Assembly (NCBI GenBank): GCA_020428425.1
Contig: JAGQMX010000029.1
Span: forward strand, 1-35,772
From: Candidatus Saccharimonadota bacterium
GTDB lineage: Bacteria > Patescibacteriota > Saccharimonadia > Saccharimonadales > AWTP1-31
Length of the DNA stretch: 35,772 nt
Direction of reading: 5' to 3'
The notes under the pieces are model-generated. The model was not told where the DNA came from, searched no databases, and saw only the letters and a list, made by a program, of their open reading frames with translations. The translations under genes and the position numbers were made by a program. Of the stretch, positions 15,264-23,759 are shown piece by piece (position 1 is the first letter of the stretch; every line of letters starts with the position of its first letter).

Positions 15264-16622
15264 TTGAACAATTACAAACAGAATAATGCTATAGTTTTAA
15301 GTATGGATTTTATTAATCAGTTCCATATCCAAATATGGATAGCCCTGGGCATTCTGCCGGTAATAAGTTTGATCATATTGCTTCAACAACTAGCTAATGC
15401 CAAAAAACATAAACAACTAATCGCTTACTATAGTAAATTCATATCTACCCGGCAGGCTACTAATGACCTGATTGAGGTAATTATCTATAACATCTACAAC
15501 TGCAAGAACTTCTTCATACATGCTAGAGATATTGTAAAGTCATTCCAGAAAAGTCCGGACAATCAACAGCAGAGCCTAGACCAGGCAGTCAATGACTTCA
15601 ATAATCTGAGTATTCAATTAGACAAAGACAACAAAATGTCGGTTGATCGGTCTTACACCAACGACATACCAAAACATGCACCGAGTGATAGCCCCTTTAA
15701 ATCAATATGGTTTTGGCTTCCAGTCTTAGTCTCATATTCGCTGCTGTTATTTGTAAACTATAAATACAACGGAGCAAACAACGGTATTATGCTGGCTGTA
15801 TTTTTTGTAGTGATATTATTGGAAATAATTATCCTATATTTCACTCTTAACAACTTCAACAGAATAAAACGCCTTAAGCAATACACTGAGGACCAGTTAC
15901 TCACGATAATAAATTTGCTCGACATCCGTAGAATATTCGTAAAAGATAGCGCTCAAAAACTAACACAGCAGTACAACCAACTAAGGACTTATGAACAACT
16001 TTGTAATTCAATACCACAAGCTAAAGAATATTTAAAAGGGCTAGAAATATTAAAGAGAAATATAGCTGTTCTAGAGCAAACATATCGAGTTTCTGACATC
16101 AACGTAGCAACACCTCTGATAGCCGTTGGATCCCTACTGCAGAAAGCCGTAAAGGAAAAATATAACCCGGAAGCAAAAAGCCAAAACCTGAAATTTATTA
16201 ATAACATACAACCTGGGCTATCACTCTACATTTCCCAAGAGAAATTATCACTGCTAATCGATCCACTAATCCAGAATGCAATAAATTCTAGCCAACCCGA
16301 CCAGTCAGTGACTATCAAGGGAATACCTAAATCCAATAAAATAGAACTAGAAATAATCGATCAAGGAAACTCGATTACCGAAAAAGACCTACCCAGTATC
16401 TTTAGATTTGATCCAAAGCATATCACCACACCTGAAGCTGGGTATATCAGCTTAAGCCTAAGACTTGCTAGATTAATAGTTAGTACGCTAGGTGGTGAAA
16501 TTAAAGTATCTAGCAGTCAAAAAGCTGGCACTATTATTAAGTTAATAATTCCCAAAACAAGAGGACAAAATATAATCACAACTACTCCAAAAATAAGTAA
16601 AGTAACTACACCATTAAGCTAA
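15264..16622 (+). CDS. Histidine-kinase-like membrane protein with a degenerate HATPase_c domain and no phospho-acceptor His
   Basis: 452-aa ORF from TTG at 15264; an alternative ATG start lies at 15303 (MDFINQ...). It has three hydrophobic segments and a coiled-coil-like region. The C-terminal part has an N-box-like LIQNAINSS, a G1-like IIDQGNSI, an F-like IFRFD and a degenerate G2 (EAGYISLSLRLA). No His occurs between the last TM segment and the N-box. Confidence 0.65.
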   Translation: MNNYKQNNAIVLSMDFINQFHIQIWIALGILPVISLIILLQQLANAKKHKQLIAYYSKFISTRQATNDLIEVIIYNIYNCKNFFIHARDIVKSFQKSPDNQQQSLDQAVNDFNNLSIQLDKDNKMSVDRSYTNDIPKHAPSDSPFKSIWFWLPVLVSYSLLLFVNYKYNGANNGIMLAVFFVVILLEIIILYFTLNNFNRIKRLKQYTEDQLLTIINLLDIRRIFVKDSAQKLTQQYNQLRTYEQLCNSIPQAKEYLKGLEILKRNIAVLEQTYRVSDINVATPLIAVGSLLQKAVKEKYNPEAKSQNLKFINNIQPGLSLYISQEKLSLLIDPLIQNAINSSQPDQSVTIKGIPKSNKIELEIIDQGNSITEKDLPSIFRFDPKHITTPEAGYISLSLRLARLIVSTLGGEIKVSSSQKAGTIIKLIIPKTRGQNIITTTPKISKVTTPLS

Positions 16623-16668
16623 TCATTAACGTCGCAGCTCTAAGACAAATAACTGCTACAATAGCTGT

Positions 16669-17271
16669 ATGAAATTTGATCTATTTAGTGAAAAACTGGA
16701 ATATTGGATAGTAAATGACGATACTAAAACACTTGGTGAACTAATCGACGTATTCGGTGAAAAAAGTTTTGGAGTTTTCTTTTTAATTATGCTCACAGTA
16801 CCTTCATTACCATTTCCAACCGGTGGGGTAACTACATTTATCTTACTACCTGCTGTAGTCATTGCTGCTCTACAAATGGCTATCGGAAGAAAAACACTTT
16901 GGCTACCAAATAAGTTACGTGATCAATCAATTAGAGGGAAGTTAGCTACCAAATCTCTACCTTTTATTTTAGACCGAGTTAAAGATGTTGAGAAAATATC
17001 TAGACCTCGCATGAGAGGATTTCTTAACACTAAAGCCACCAAGACAACAATCGGGCTACTTATTGCGATTTTAGCGGTAGCTGCTCTTATTGCTCCACCA
17101 TTTACCGGATTAGATACATTGCCATCACTTGGAGGAGTATTTATCTCTCTAGCCATAATATTCGAAGATTTAGTATTAGCTCTAATTGGTTTCATAGTTG
17201 GATTAGTCGGAATTGGTATACTTATTGCTGCTAGTAGTGCAGTGTTATTATTTATTCAAACAATATTCTAA
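16669..17271 (+). CDS. ExoD (exopolysaccharide synthesis) family membrane protein
   Basis: 200-aa ORF. TLGELIDVFGEKSFGVFFLIMLTVPSLPFPTGGVTTFILLPAVVIAALQMAIGRKTLWLPNKL matches the ExoD family pattern. Confidence 0.75.
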   Translation: MKFDLFSEKLEYWIVNDDTKTLGELIDVFGEKSFGVFFLIMLTVPSLPFPTGGVTTFILLPAVVIAALQMAIGRKTLWLPNKLRDQSIRGKLATKSLPFILDRVKDVEKISRPRMRGFLNTKATKTTIGLLIAILAVAALIAPPFTGLDTLPSLGGVFISLAIIFEDLVLALIGFIVGLVGIGILIAASSAVLLFIQTIF

Positions 17272-17343
17272 TAAGATATTACAAATAGCGGCACTATTTA
17301 TATCAAACACCAAACTAATAAAAGTATGTAGTCACACAGATTT

Positions 17344-17856
17344 TCACGCAGAGTCTATAGATTTCGGTTTGGCCGAATACTGGTATATAAACCAGCTTTT
17401 ACCTTTTTTTATAGGCTTCCGACCCTGAATAGCAAAAATATAGCTTATAAATATTGCGTTTGATTTCAATTCGGATCTTAACTTAGAATCTAATCTAGGC
17501 AGTGTTCGCGGTGTCATGAACGCCATAACAACATCAACCTTACTTAAATCAACAGCCCATAAATTTATGAATTTTATTTTAGCATTATTAATGCCAAAGT
17601 TATTTACCCAGGCAATAAAGAACAGTACCGGATTTAACTCATAGCCAACGGCTCTATAGCCTCTCTTAGCAGCTGCTTTAACAACCCGACCATCTCCACA
17701 GCCAAGTTCCACAAATAGATTACCAGGACGTAACTTCGCATCATCCAGTAATTTATTGACATCAACCTTACGAGTCGGTAACCATGGGGCTGCCGAAATG
17801 CTGGTGTAGGCTGCTAGTATTAAGAGAACTAGGACTGCAAGGTATAGATATAGCAT
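17344..17856 (-). CDS. Membrane-anchored class I (seven-beta-strand) SAM-dependent methyltransferase
   Basis: 170-aa ORF with an N-terminal TM segment (LYLYLAVLVLLILAAYT). This is followed by APWLPT and SAM-binding motif I, VELGCGDGRVVKAAAKRGYRAVGYELNP. Confidence 0.75.
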   Translation of the reverse strand: MLYLYLAVLVLLILAAYTSISAAPWLPTRKVDVNKLLDDAKLRPGNLFVELGCGDGRVVKAAAKRGYRAVGYELNPVLFFIAWVNNFGINNAKIKFINLWAVDLSKVDVVMAFMTPRTLPRLDSKLRSELKSNAIFISYIFAIQGRKPIKKGKSWFIYQYSAKPKSIDSA

Positions 17857-17990
17857 TACCTTAGAATAGCTAGATACTCTATAATATTCAAACTAACTGA
17901 CTTTGAACCATAGCCTCGATATCTTCGTACTAAAGATTAATACACTTTTCTAGATCAGCAAATCGAGATATACTTGGCAGAGGTTCTTAC

Positions 17991-19259
17991 ATGAAATTAA
18001 ATACAAAACTTCCAAACATAAATCCAATATCCTATGCTGACATGTTATTTCGCAAAGATAAGCGTAAGGATCTGTTCCTAGAACTAACTCAAGAAGACCG
18101 TCTAAAATTTCTAGGTTCAGCAACCAAAAGCGTTAAGATTGACCTACTAAACAAACTTAGCGATGAAGATATTGTTAGCATCCTACAAAGCCTAGATCCA
18201 GATGAAGCTACCGATATTTTGCAGCTTCTAACCAAAGCAAAACGCGAAAAAGTAATGTTGCTTCTTAGCCAAGAACTTAAAGATGCATTGTCTACGCTAC
18301 TAGCTTTTGATCCAGATACTGCCGCAGGTTTAATGACCTTGGATTATATAGAAGTCGATGAAAAGGACAACATAGAGGCAGTAGCCAAAAAGTTTAGAGC
18401 CCATGAAGCAAAAACTGGTCGACCACCGGTAATCTTGACTCTAAAAGAAGGGCAATTAGCAGGTTTTCTGCCTGGCCACGAATTAGGACTAGCAGCTAAA
18501 AGCGAAGTAATAGGGAAATATATCAAAAAGATTCCCTCGATCTCCTATGCAGCGACTCACCGTGATGTAGTAAAGCAATTCCAGAACCACCCACACAGCA
18601 AAGTTGTAGTATTAAACGACAAAAAAGAAGTTGTCGGAATTATCTATTCCGACGATATGTTAAATTTATTATCCGAATCTAGTGCATCCTCTTTGTATAA
18701 CTTCGCAGGTATCCACCAAGAGGAAAGTATTACTGACTCCGCAACTAGTAAGGTGAAAAACCGCTATCGTTGGCTAATAATAAACCTTGGTACTACCTTT
18801 CTAGCTGCTTTCACGATTAGTATGTTCCAAGATACCTTGGATAAATACGTACTGCTTGCAATCTACATGCCGATTGTTGCTGGAATGGGAGGAAATGCTG
18901 CTACTCAAACTCTTGCTGTACAAGTAAGAGGTATTTCTCTACAACAAATAAATATGAAAACTGCCTGGAGAACTTTAAAGAATGAATTAGGCGCAGGGTT
19001 CATAAACGGATTAATCAACGGACTGCTTGTCGCGATAATCGTTATGATTTTCAATCAGGATATTAAGATAGCTGTCATATTAGCCCTGGCTATGATAATC
19101 AACTTACTAGTAGCCAGCATATTTGGTACAATCGTGCCACTGATTATGAAAAAACTAGGCAAAGATCCGGCCACTTCAGCGACAATATTCATTACTACCG
19201 CAACCGATGTGCTTGGATTCTTGGCTTTCCTCGGCCTAGCTACATTAATTTTAAATTAG
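17991..19259 (+). CDS. mgtE: Magnesium transporter MgtE
   Basis: 422-aa ORF with an MgtE N-domain, a CBS pair and a TM domain carrying PIVAGMGGNAATQT and TTATDVLGF. Confidence 0.9.
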   Translation: MKLNTKLPNINPISYADMLFRKDKRKDLFLELTQEDRLKFLGSATKSVKIDLLNKLSDEDIVSILQSLDPDEATDILQLLTKAKREKVMLLLSQELKDALSTLLAFDPDTAAGLMTLDYIEVDEKDNIEAVAKKFRAHEAKTGRPPVILTLKEGQLAGFLPGHELGLAAKSEVIGKYIKKIPSISYAATHRDVVKQFQNHPHSKVVVLNDKKEVVGIIYSDDMLNLLSESSASSLYNFAGIHQEESITDSATSKVKNRYRWLIINLGTTFLAAFTISMFQDTLDKYVLLAIYMPIVAGMGGNAATQTLAVQVRGISLQQINMKTAWRTLKNELGAGFINGLINGLLVAIIVMIFNQDIKIAVILALAMIINLLVASIFGTIVPLIMKKLGKDPATSATIFITTATDVLGFLAFLGLATLILN

Positions 19260-21373
19260 TTACTGATTCTAAGCGAATCAATTGGATTTTTTCTTGCTGC
19301 TTTTATAGCCGGAATTGTTCCAAAAATTATACCTTCCACTATGGCTACGACAGAAGCTATAACAATAATTTCGATAGTAATTACAGGTTTAAGTTCGGTA
19401 GTAATCCGAATAAAATAGTTTGCTACATAGGATAGTACAATACCCCAAAAGCCACCAATTAATCCTAGCATTGTAGCCTCAGCCATAAATTGATTTCGAA
19501 TTTGTCTATTTGTAGCACCAATCGCTTTACGAATTCCAATCTCATGAGTCCGCTCACTAACCGACACTAACATAATGTTCATTATCCCGATTCCGCCAAC
19601 CAATAGGGAAATACCAGCGATGCCCGCTATAAGAGTAGTTAGTTTTGTTAGAATATCTCCAGTAACTTGAATATTTTCTTCTTGGCGAATAACAGCAAAA
19701 TCCTTTTGTCCTCCATGAAGTTTGGTTATTTTGATATTTAGATCATTCACTAATTTTGTAGTATTCTTGGGCTCATCGGGCCGAACCAATACCCGAACTA
19801 TCTGGGTAGACTCAGGAGCTACTTCAGCAAGCCTAGTCCGAGGAGTATATATTCCTGTATTCAAATCTATACCTTGGCCAAATAAGCCGCTATTAAATTC
19901 TTCAAATACTCCTCGTACGATAAACTCTTGCCCACGTATAGTTAAAGATTGACCGATTGGAACATTTTCTTTAAATAATTGTTCGGCCACCCGTTTTCCA
20001 ATAACTGCCACCTGTCGACTTTCTTCGCCTTTAGTGAAGTAACTGCCAAATTCTACTTTTTGATTAATAATATCTGGAAAATTGATATCTGTTCCTAAGA
20101 TAAAGCCATTATCGTAAGTAACGTCACCACTACTCGCTCCACTATTTAATAGGCTAGCTGCACTGAATTGTCCAACATGTTTGGCACCTACAACAGCTTC
20201 TACGTCACTTTCATTTAACGAGCCACTTCCAAAGCCATAGGCATAATTAGGATTTACACTTACAATATCTCCATCTTTATCCCTAGTTACCACATTCCCA
20301 GGCCTTACAGTAACCAAATCATTTCCTAATTGGTTCACTTGCTTAACTATCTGTTGTTTAATGCCTTGACCAAGGCTAACAATAGTGACTACTGATACAA
20401 TTCCGGCAATTATTCCGAACATTGTAAAAAAACTTTGCCATTTGGATCGCCGAATTACCCGAAGCGCTAAAGCATAATTACCGTTTAACATTGATTTTTT
20501 CTCCTTAGTTCGGCTATTCTTCATTTTGGCCCGACTTTTTTTGGGTTTCTTGCGTTTAGTTTTCTTTGGATCACTAGAGTCTTTCTGAGGTAATAACTCC
20601 ATAATTGCTGATACTCCAGCTAAATCATCCTCTTCACTACGTCTAGGAAATAGATACATGGTCTTTTTAGCTAACTGTGGTATTTGACCCTTTGCCGTGC
20701 GCTGATCATGCACAATACTGCCGTCGTGCATATATACTGCCCGATCAGCATAGCGCGTTAGTTCTGGGTTATGAGTAACCATTAACACAGTATTGCCGGT
20801 CTTATTCAGCTCACTAAGTAATTCCATGACCACCAGACTAGATACACTATCTAAATTACCGGTTGGTTCATCAGCAATTATTATCTGCGGGTCGTTAACT
20901 AGTGCCCGGGCAATTGCCGCTCTCTGAATCTGCCCACCACTAAGTGCCCCTGGCATGAAATACTGTCGATCTTCTAGTCCAACTCGTTCTAATAAATCTG
21001 CTGCTCTCTTAAGCCTACGTACTGGGGTTACTCCTTTATAGGCCAAGGGCAGGGCAACATTGTCTATAACATTTAACTTAGGTAGTAAATTAAAAGATTG
21101 GAATACAAAGCCAATCCGATCGCGCCGAGCCTTCGCTCTCTGATTAGGACGTAATCTCTCAACCGAACGATTACTCAGCTTATATTGTCCATGAGTTGGA
21201 CGATCAAGCAATCCAATTACATTCATGAGTGTCGTTTTACCCGAACCACTCGGTCCCATAACCGCTACAAATTCTCCAGCTTCAATCTCTAAATTGACTT
21301 CGTCTAATGCTACAGTAGTAGCGTCGCCGAAGCCGTACAGTTTACTGACGTCTTTTAGTGATATTATTGGCAT
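19256..21373 (-). CDS. Fused ABC transporter ATPase + FtsX-type permease (MacB family)
   Basis: 705-aa ORF with Walker A GPSGSGKTT, signature LSGGQIQR and Walker B IIIADEPTGNLD. A very basic linker (KKTKRKKPKKSRAKMKNSRTKEKK) follows. The permease part has a TM segment, a large extracytoplasmic domain and three C-terminal TM segments (RTHEIGIRKAIGAT). Confidence 0.9.
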   Translation of the reverse strand: MPIISLKDVSKLYGFGDATTVALDEVNLEIEAGEFVAVMGPSGSGKTTLMNVIGLLDRPTHGQYKLSNRSVERLRPNQRAKARRDRIGFVFQSFNLLPKLNVIDNVALPLAYKGVTPVRRLKRAADLLERVGLEDRQYFMPGALSGGQIQRAAIARALVNDPQIIIADEPTGNLDSVSSLVVMELLSELNKTGNTVLMVTHNPELTRYADRAVYMHDGSIVHDQRTAKGQIPQLAKKTMYLFPRRSEEDDLAGVSAIMELLPQKDSSDPKKTKRKKPKKSRAKMKNSRTKEKKSMLNGNYALALRVIRRSKWQSFFTMFGIIAGIVSVVTIVSLGQGIKQQIVKQVNQLGNDLVTVRPGNVVTRDKDGDIVSVNPNYAYGFGSGSLNESDVEAVVGAKHVGQFSAASLLNSGASSGDVTYDNGFILGTDINFPDIINQKVEFGSYFTKGEESRQVAVIGKRVAEQLFKENVPIGQSLTIRGQEFIVRGVFEEFNSGLFGQGIDLNTGIYTPRTRLAEVAPESTQIVRVLVRPDEPKNTTKLVNDLNIKITKLHGGQKDFAVIRQEENIQVTGDILTKLTTLIAGIAGISLLVGGIGIMNIMLVSVSERTHEIGIRKAIGATNRQIRNQFMAEATMLGLIGGFWGIVLSYVANYFIRITTELKPVITIEIIVIASVVAIVEGIIFGTIPAIKAARKNPIDSLRISN

Positions 21374-21558
21374 GAGTGAGGCTTTTATTAAAACGATTTT
21401 CGATAATGACTCTACACTTATTCTACGCTTAAATTTGCCTAGTCGACAAGTAGTTAATGTAGTAAAATTTTATGCTAGAGTAATTTGTTATAATTAACTA
21501 GTTCTAGATCGGCCCAATATATCTACAAGATTGAGTAATTATTAGAGTATTTACACCT

Positions 21559-21648
21559 GGAGGGGTGTCCGAGTGGTCGAAGGAGCACGCTTGGAAAGCG
21601 TGTGTGCGGGCAACCGTACCGTGGGTTCGAATCCCATCCCCTCCGCCA
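21559..21648 (+). tRNA. tRNA-Ser (anticodon GGA), CCA encoded
   Basis: Acceptor stem GGAGGGG/CCCCTCC. Anticodon stem CACGC/GCGTG with loop TTGGAAA. Long variable arm, T-arm GGTTCGAATCC, discriminator G followed by CCA. Confidence 0.9.
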
Positions 21649-21684
21649 AAAATAATACTTAGTTATTTGAATAAATACACAGAG

Positions 21685-22398
21685 TTAAGAGATAATAGTA
21701 CCAATTTTTTCGTTGCGTACAACTTTAAGTAGATTGTCTTCCTTCATTGCATCAAAGATCACAACTGGCATCTCATGCTCCATCGCTAACCCCAGAGCGG
21801 CTTTATCCATAACGGTTATCTTAGGATTCTCGACAGCCATTTGGAAATTCAAGTTGTTAATTCTTACTGCATCCTTATGTTTTACAGGGTCTTTATCATA
21901 TACTCCATCAACTTTTGTAGCTTTGAGTACCACATTGCAATCTAGCTCTAAGGCTAGGCTTACTGCTGCAGTATCGGTAGTTAAATATGGTCGGCCAATA
22001 CCACCAGCGGTGACTACCACCCTATTTTTTTGGAGATGTTTGTTGGCTAATCTAAAAACAAAAGGCTCGGCAACTTGCTCAGCATAAATGTTACTCAGAC
22101 ATCTAGTCTGTATTTCATTGGCTTCAAATATGTCTGTTAGGGCCAGGGCGTTTATCATAGTGGCTAACATCCCCATATGGTCACCAGTTACTCGCTGAAT
22201 CCCATGTCCAGCAATTTGAGCTCCGCGAACAAAGTTACCACCACCAACCATTATTATGACTTGGATGCCTTCATCAACTACTTTTTTCACTTCCTGGGCT
22301 AACCAGTCAATTAGATTTGGGTCAATGCCACTGTCATATTTACCAGCCAATTGCTCACCAGATAGCTTTAGCAAGATTCTCGAGTAATTTTGTTTCAT
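21685..22398 (-). CDS. pyrH: UMP kinase
   Basis: 237-aa ORF with ILLKLSGE, VGGGNFVRG and TTDTAAVSLALEL motifs and a typical PyrH length. Confidence 0.92.
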   Translation of the reverse strand: MKQNYSRILLKLSGEQLAGKYDSGIDPNLIDWLAQEVKKVVDEGIQVIIMVGGGNFVRGAQIAGHGIQRVTGDHMGMLATMINALALTDIFEANEIQTRCLSNIYAEQVAEPFVFRLANKHLQKNRVVVTAGGIGRPYLTTDTAAVSLALELDCNVVLKATKVDGVYDKDPVKHKDAVRINNLNFQMAVENPKITVMDKAALGLAMEHEMPVVIFDAMKEDNLLKVVRNEKIGTIIS

Positions 22399-22429
22399 TA
22401 ATATTCAGTCTAACAGATTATTAAAAAAA

Positions 22430-22458
22430 TTAAGTAATATTTATTATCCAGGTATACT
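22430..22458 (+). promoter_or_regulatory. Sigma70-like promoter candidate for xth (TTAAGT-17 nt-TATACT)
   Basis: TTAAGT lies at 22430-22435 and TATACT at 22453-22458 with a 17-nt spacer. The -10 element ends 7 nt before the ATG at 22466. Confidence 0.35.
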
Positions 22459-22465
22459 TATAGGT

Positions 22466-23266
22466 ATGAAACTATTCAGCTGGAATGTAAATGGGATAAG
22501 GGCAGTTATTAATAAAGGTCAATTTGACAAGTTCATAAAACAATACGATCCAGATATCTTGTGTATCCAAGAGACTAAAGCGCACCGCGAACAAGTGGAA
22601 ATAAATTTACCTGAGTATAGTGAATACTGGAACTCAGCAGAAAAAAAGGGCTACAGTGGTACCGCAATTTTCAGTAAAACTAAACCACTAACTATTATCA
22701 AAGACATTCCCGAGGATATCGTAGCTAAACATTCTTTAGCAAAAGATGACTACGGGCATCCCAATAATGAGGGTCGGGTTCTCGCTGTCGAATTCGACAG
22801 TTTTTTTGTCGTAACCGTCTACACCCCCAATAGTAAGGGCGACCTCAGTCGACTAGATCTTAGGCATAAATTTTGGGATCCAGCATTCCTAGACTATGTA
22901 AATAAACTGCAGCAATCCAAACCGGTAGTATTTTCTGGAGATTTAAACGTTGCTCACCAGGAAATAGATTTAGCTAATCCAAAAGCCAATGTCGGAAAAC
23001 ACGGCTTTACCAATGAAGAACGAGAAGGCTTTGACAATATTCTTGGTATTGGATTCGTCGATAGCTTCCGTTTGCTACACCCCGATCAAAAAGATGCCTA
23101 TTCTTGGTGGACGCATTGGGCCAATGCTCGGGCTAGGAATGTTGGTTGGCGAATAGATTATTGGCTAGTTTCTAAACAATTAAAAGATAAGGTTAAATCA
23201 GCTGCAATTCATCCCGAACAAATGGGCTCAGATCACTGTCCTGTTAGTATTGAATTAGATCTATGA
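22466..23266 (+). CDS. xth: Exodeoxyribonuclease III (AP endonuclease)
   Basis: 266-aa ORF with MKLFSWNVNGIRA, LCIQETK, GDLNVAH and SDHCPV motifs. Confidence 0.92.
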   Translation: MKLFSWNVNGIRAVINKGQFDKFIKQYDPDILCIQETKAHREQVEINLPEYSEYWNSAEKKGYSGTAIFSKTKPLTIIKDIPEDIVAKHSLAKDDYGHPNNEGRVLAVEFDSFFVVTVYTPNSKGDLSRLDLRHKFWDPAFLDYVNKLQQSKPVVFSGDLNVAHQEIDLANPKANVGKHGFTNEEREGFDNILGIGFVDSFRLLHPDQKDAYSWWTHWANARARNVGWRIDYWLVSKQLKDKVKSAAIHPEQMGSDHCPVSIELDL

Positions 23267-23751
23267 AAAACTTGCAACTAACCCTCCTGTATCTTTGCGA
23301 AAATGACAATATCCTTCTAGCCATGAAGAAAAGGGGATTCGGGAGGGATATGTACAACGGTGTTGGAGGTAAGGTTGATCCTGGAGAAACAATAGAACAA
23401 GCTATGGTCAGAGAATGTCAGGAAGAAATTGGAGCAACACCGACTAAATATACCAAAGTAGGATATCTAGTGTTTGATGAACATCATGAAAATGTACGAA
23501 AACTGATGCATATCCATGTTTTCATAGCAACTGATTGGACAGGAGACGTTGTCGAAACCGAAGAGATGCAGCCAAAATGGTTCAATGAAAAATCTATACC
23601 ATTTTCCAAAATGTGGCCAGCGGATAAGCTATGGTTGCCTAGCGTACTTGCAGGTAAACAAATTACTGGGGAGTTTTCACTCAACGAAGACAATAGCGTA
23701 GATAAATTCGACTTCAGGGAAGTAGCTAATCTTCTCGATAGGGGGAAGTAG
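23263..23751 (+). CDS. NUDIX hydrolase, MTH1/NUDT1-like 8-oxo-dGTP diphosphatase
   Basis: 162-aa ORF overlapping xth by 4 nt (ATGA). LLAMKKRGFGRDMYNGVGGKVDPGETIEQAMVRECQEEIGA and MWPADKLWLP closely parallel the MTH1 pattern ([21 protein letters not shown]...MWPDDSYWFP). Confidence 0.85.
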   Translation: MKNLQLTLLYLCENDNILLAMKKRGFGRDMYNGVGGKVDPGETIEQAMVRECQEEIGATPTKYTKVGYLVFDEHHENVRKLMHIHVFIATDWTGDVVETEEMQPKWFNEKSIPFSKMWPADKLWLPSVLAGKQITGEFSLNEDNSVDKFDFREVANLLDRGK

Positions 23752-23759
23752 CGTTTATC

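Noticed and set aside
17283-17299. Bidirectional intrinsic terminator between exoD-like and methyltransferase genes (AAATAG-CGGCA-CTATTT)
   Set aside because: It is only a 6-bp, almost entirely A/T stem without a clear U-tract, which is too weak to call a terminator with any confidence. No convincing GC-rich terminator hairpins were seen anywhere in the window.
17857-17990. Mg2+-sensing M-box riboswitch upstream of mgtE
   Set aside because: The 134-nt gap is shared with the divergent methyltransferase promoter and is shorter than a typical M-box. I could not find the conserved M-box core sequences in it.
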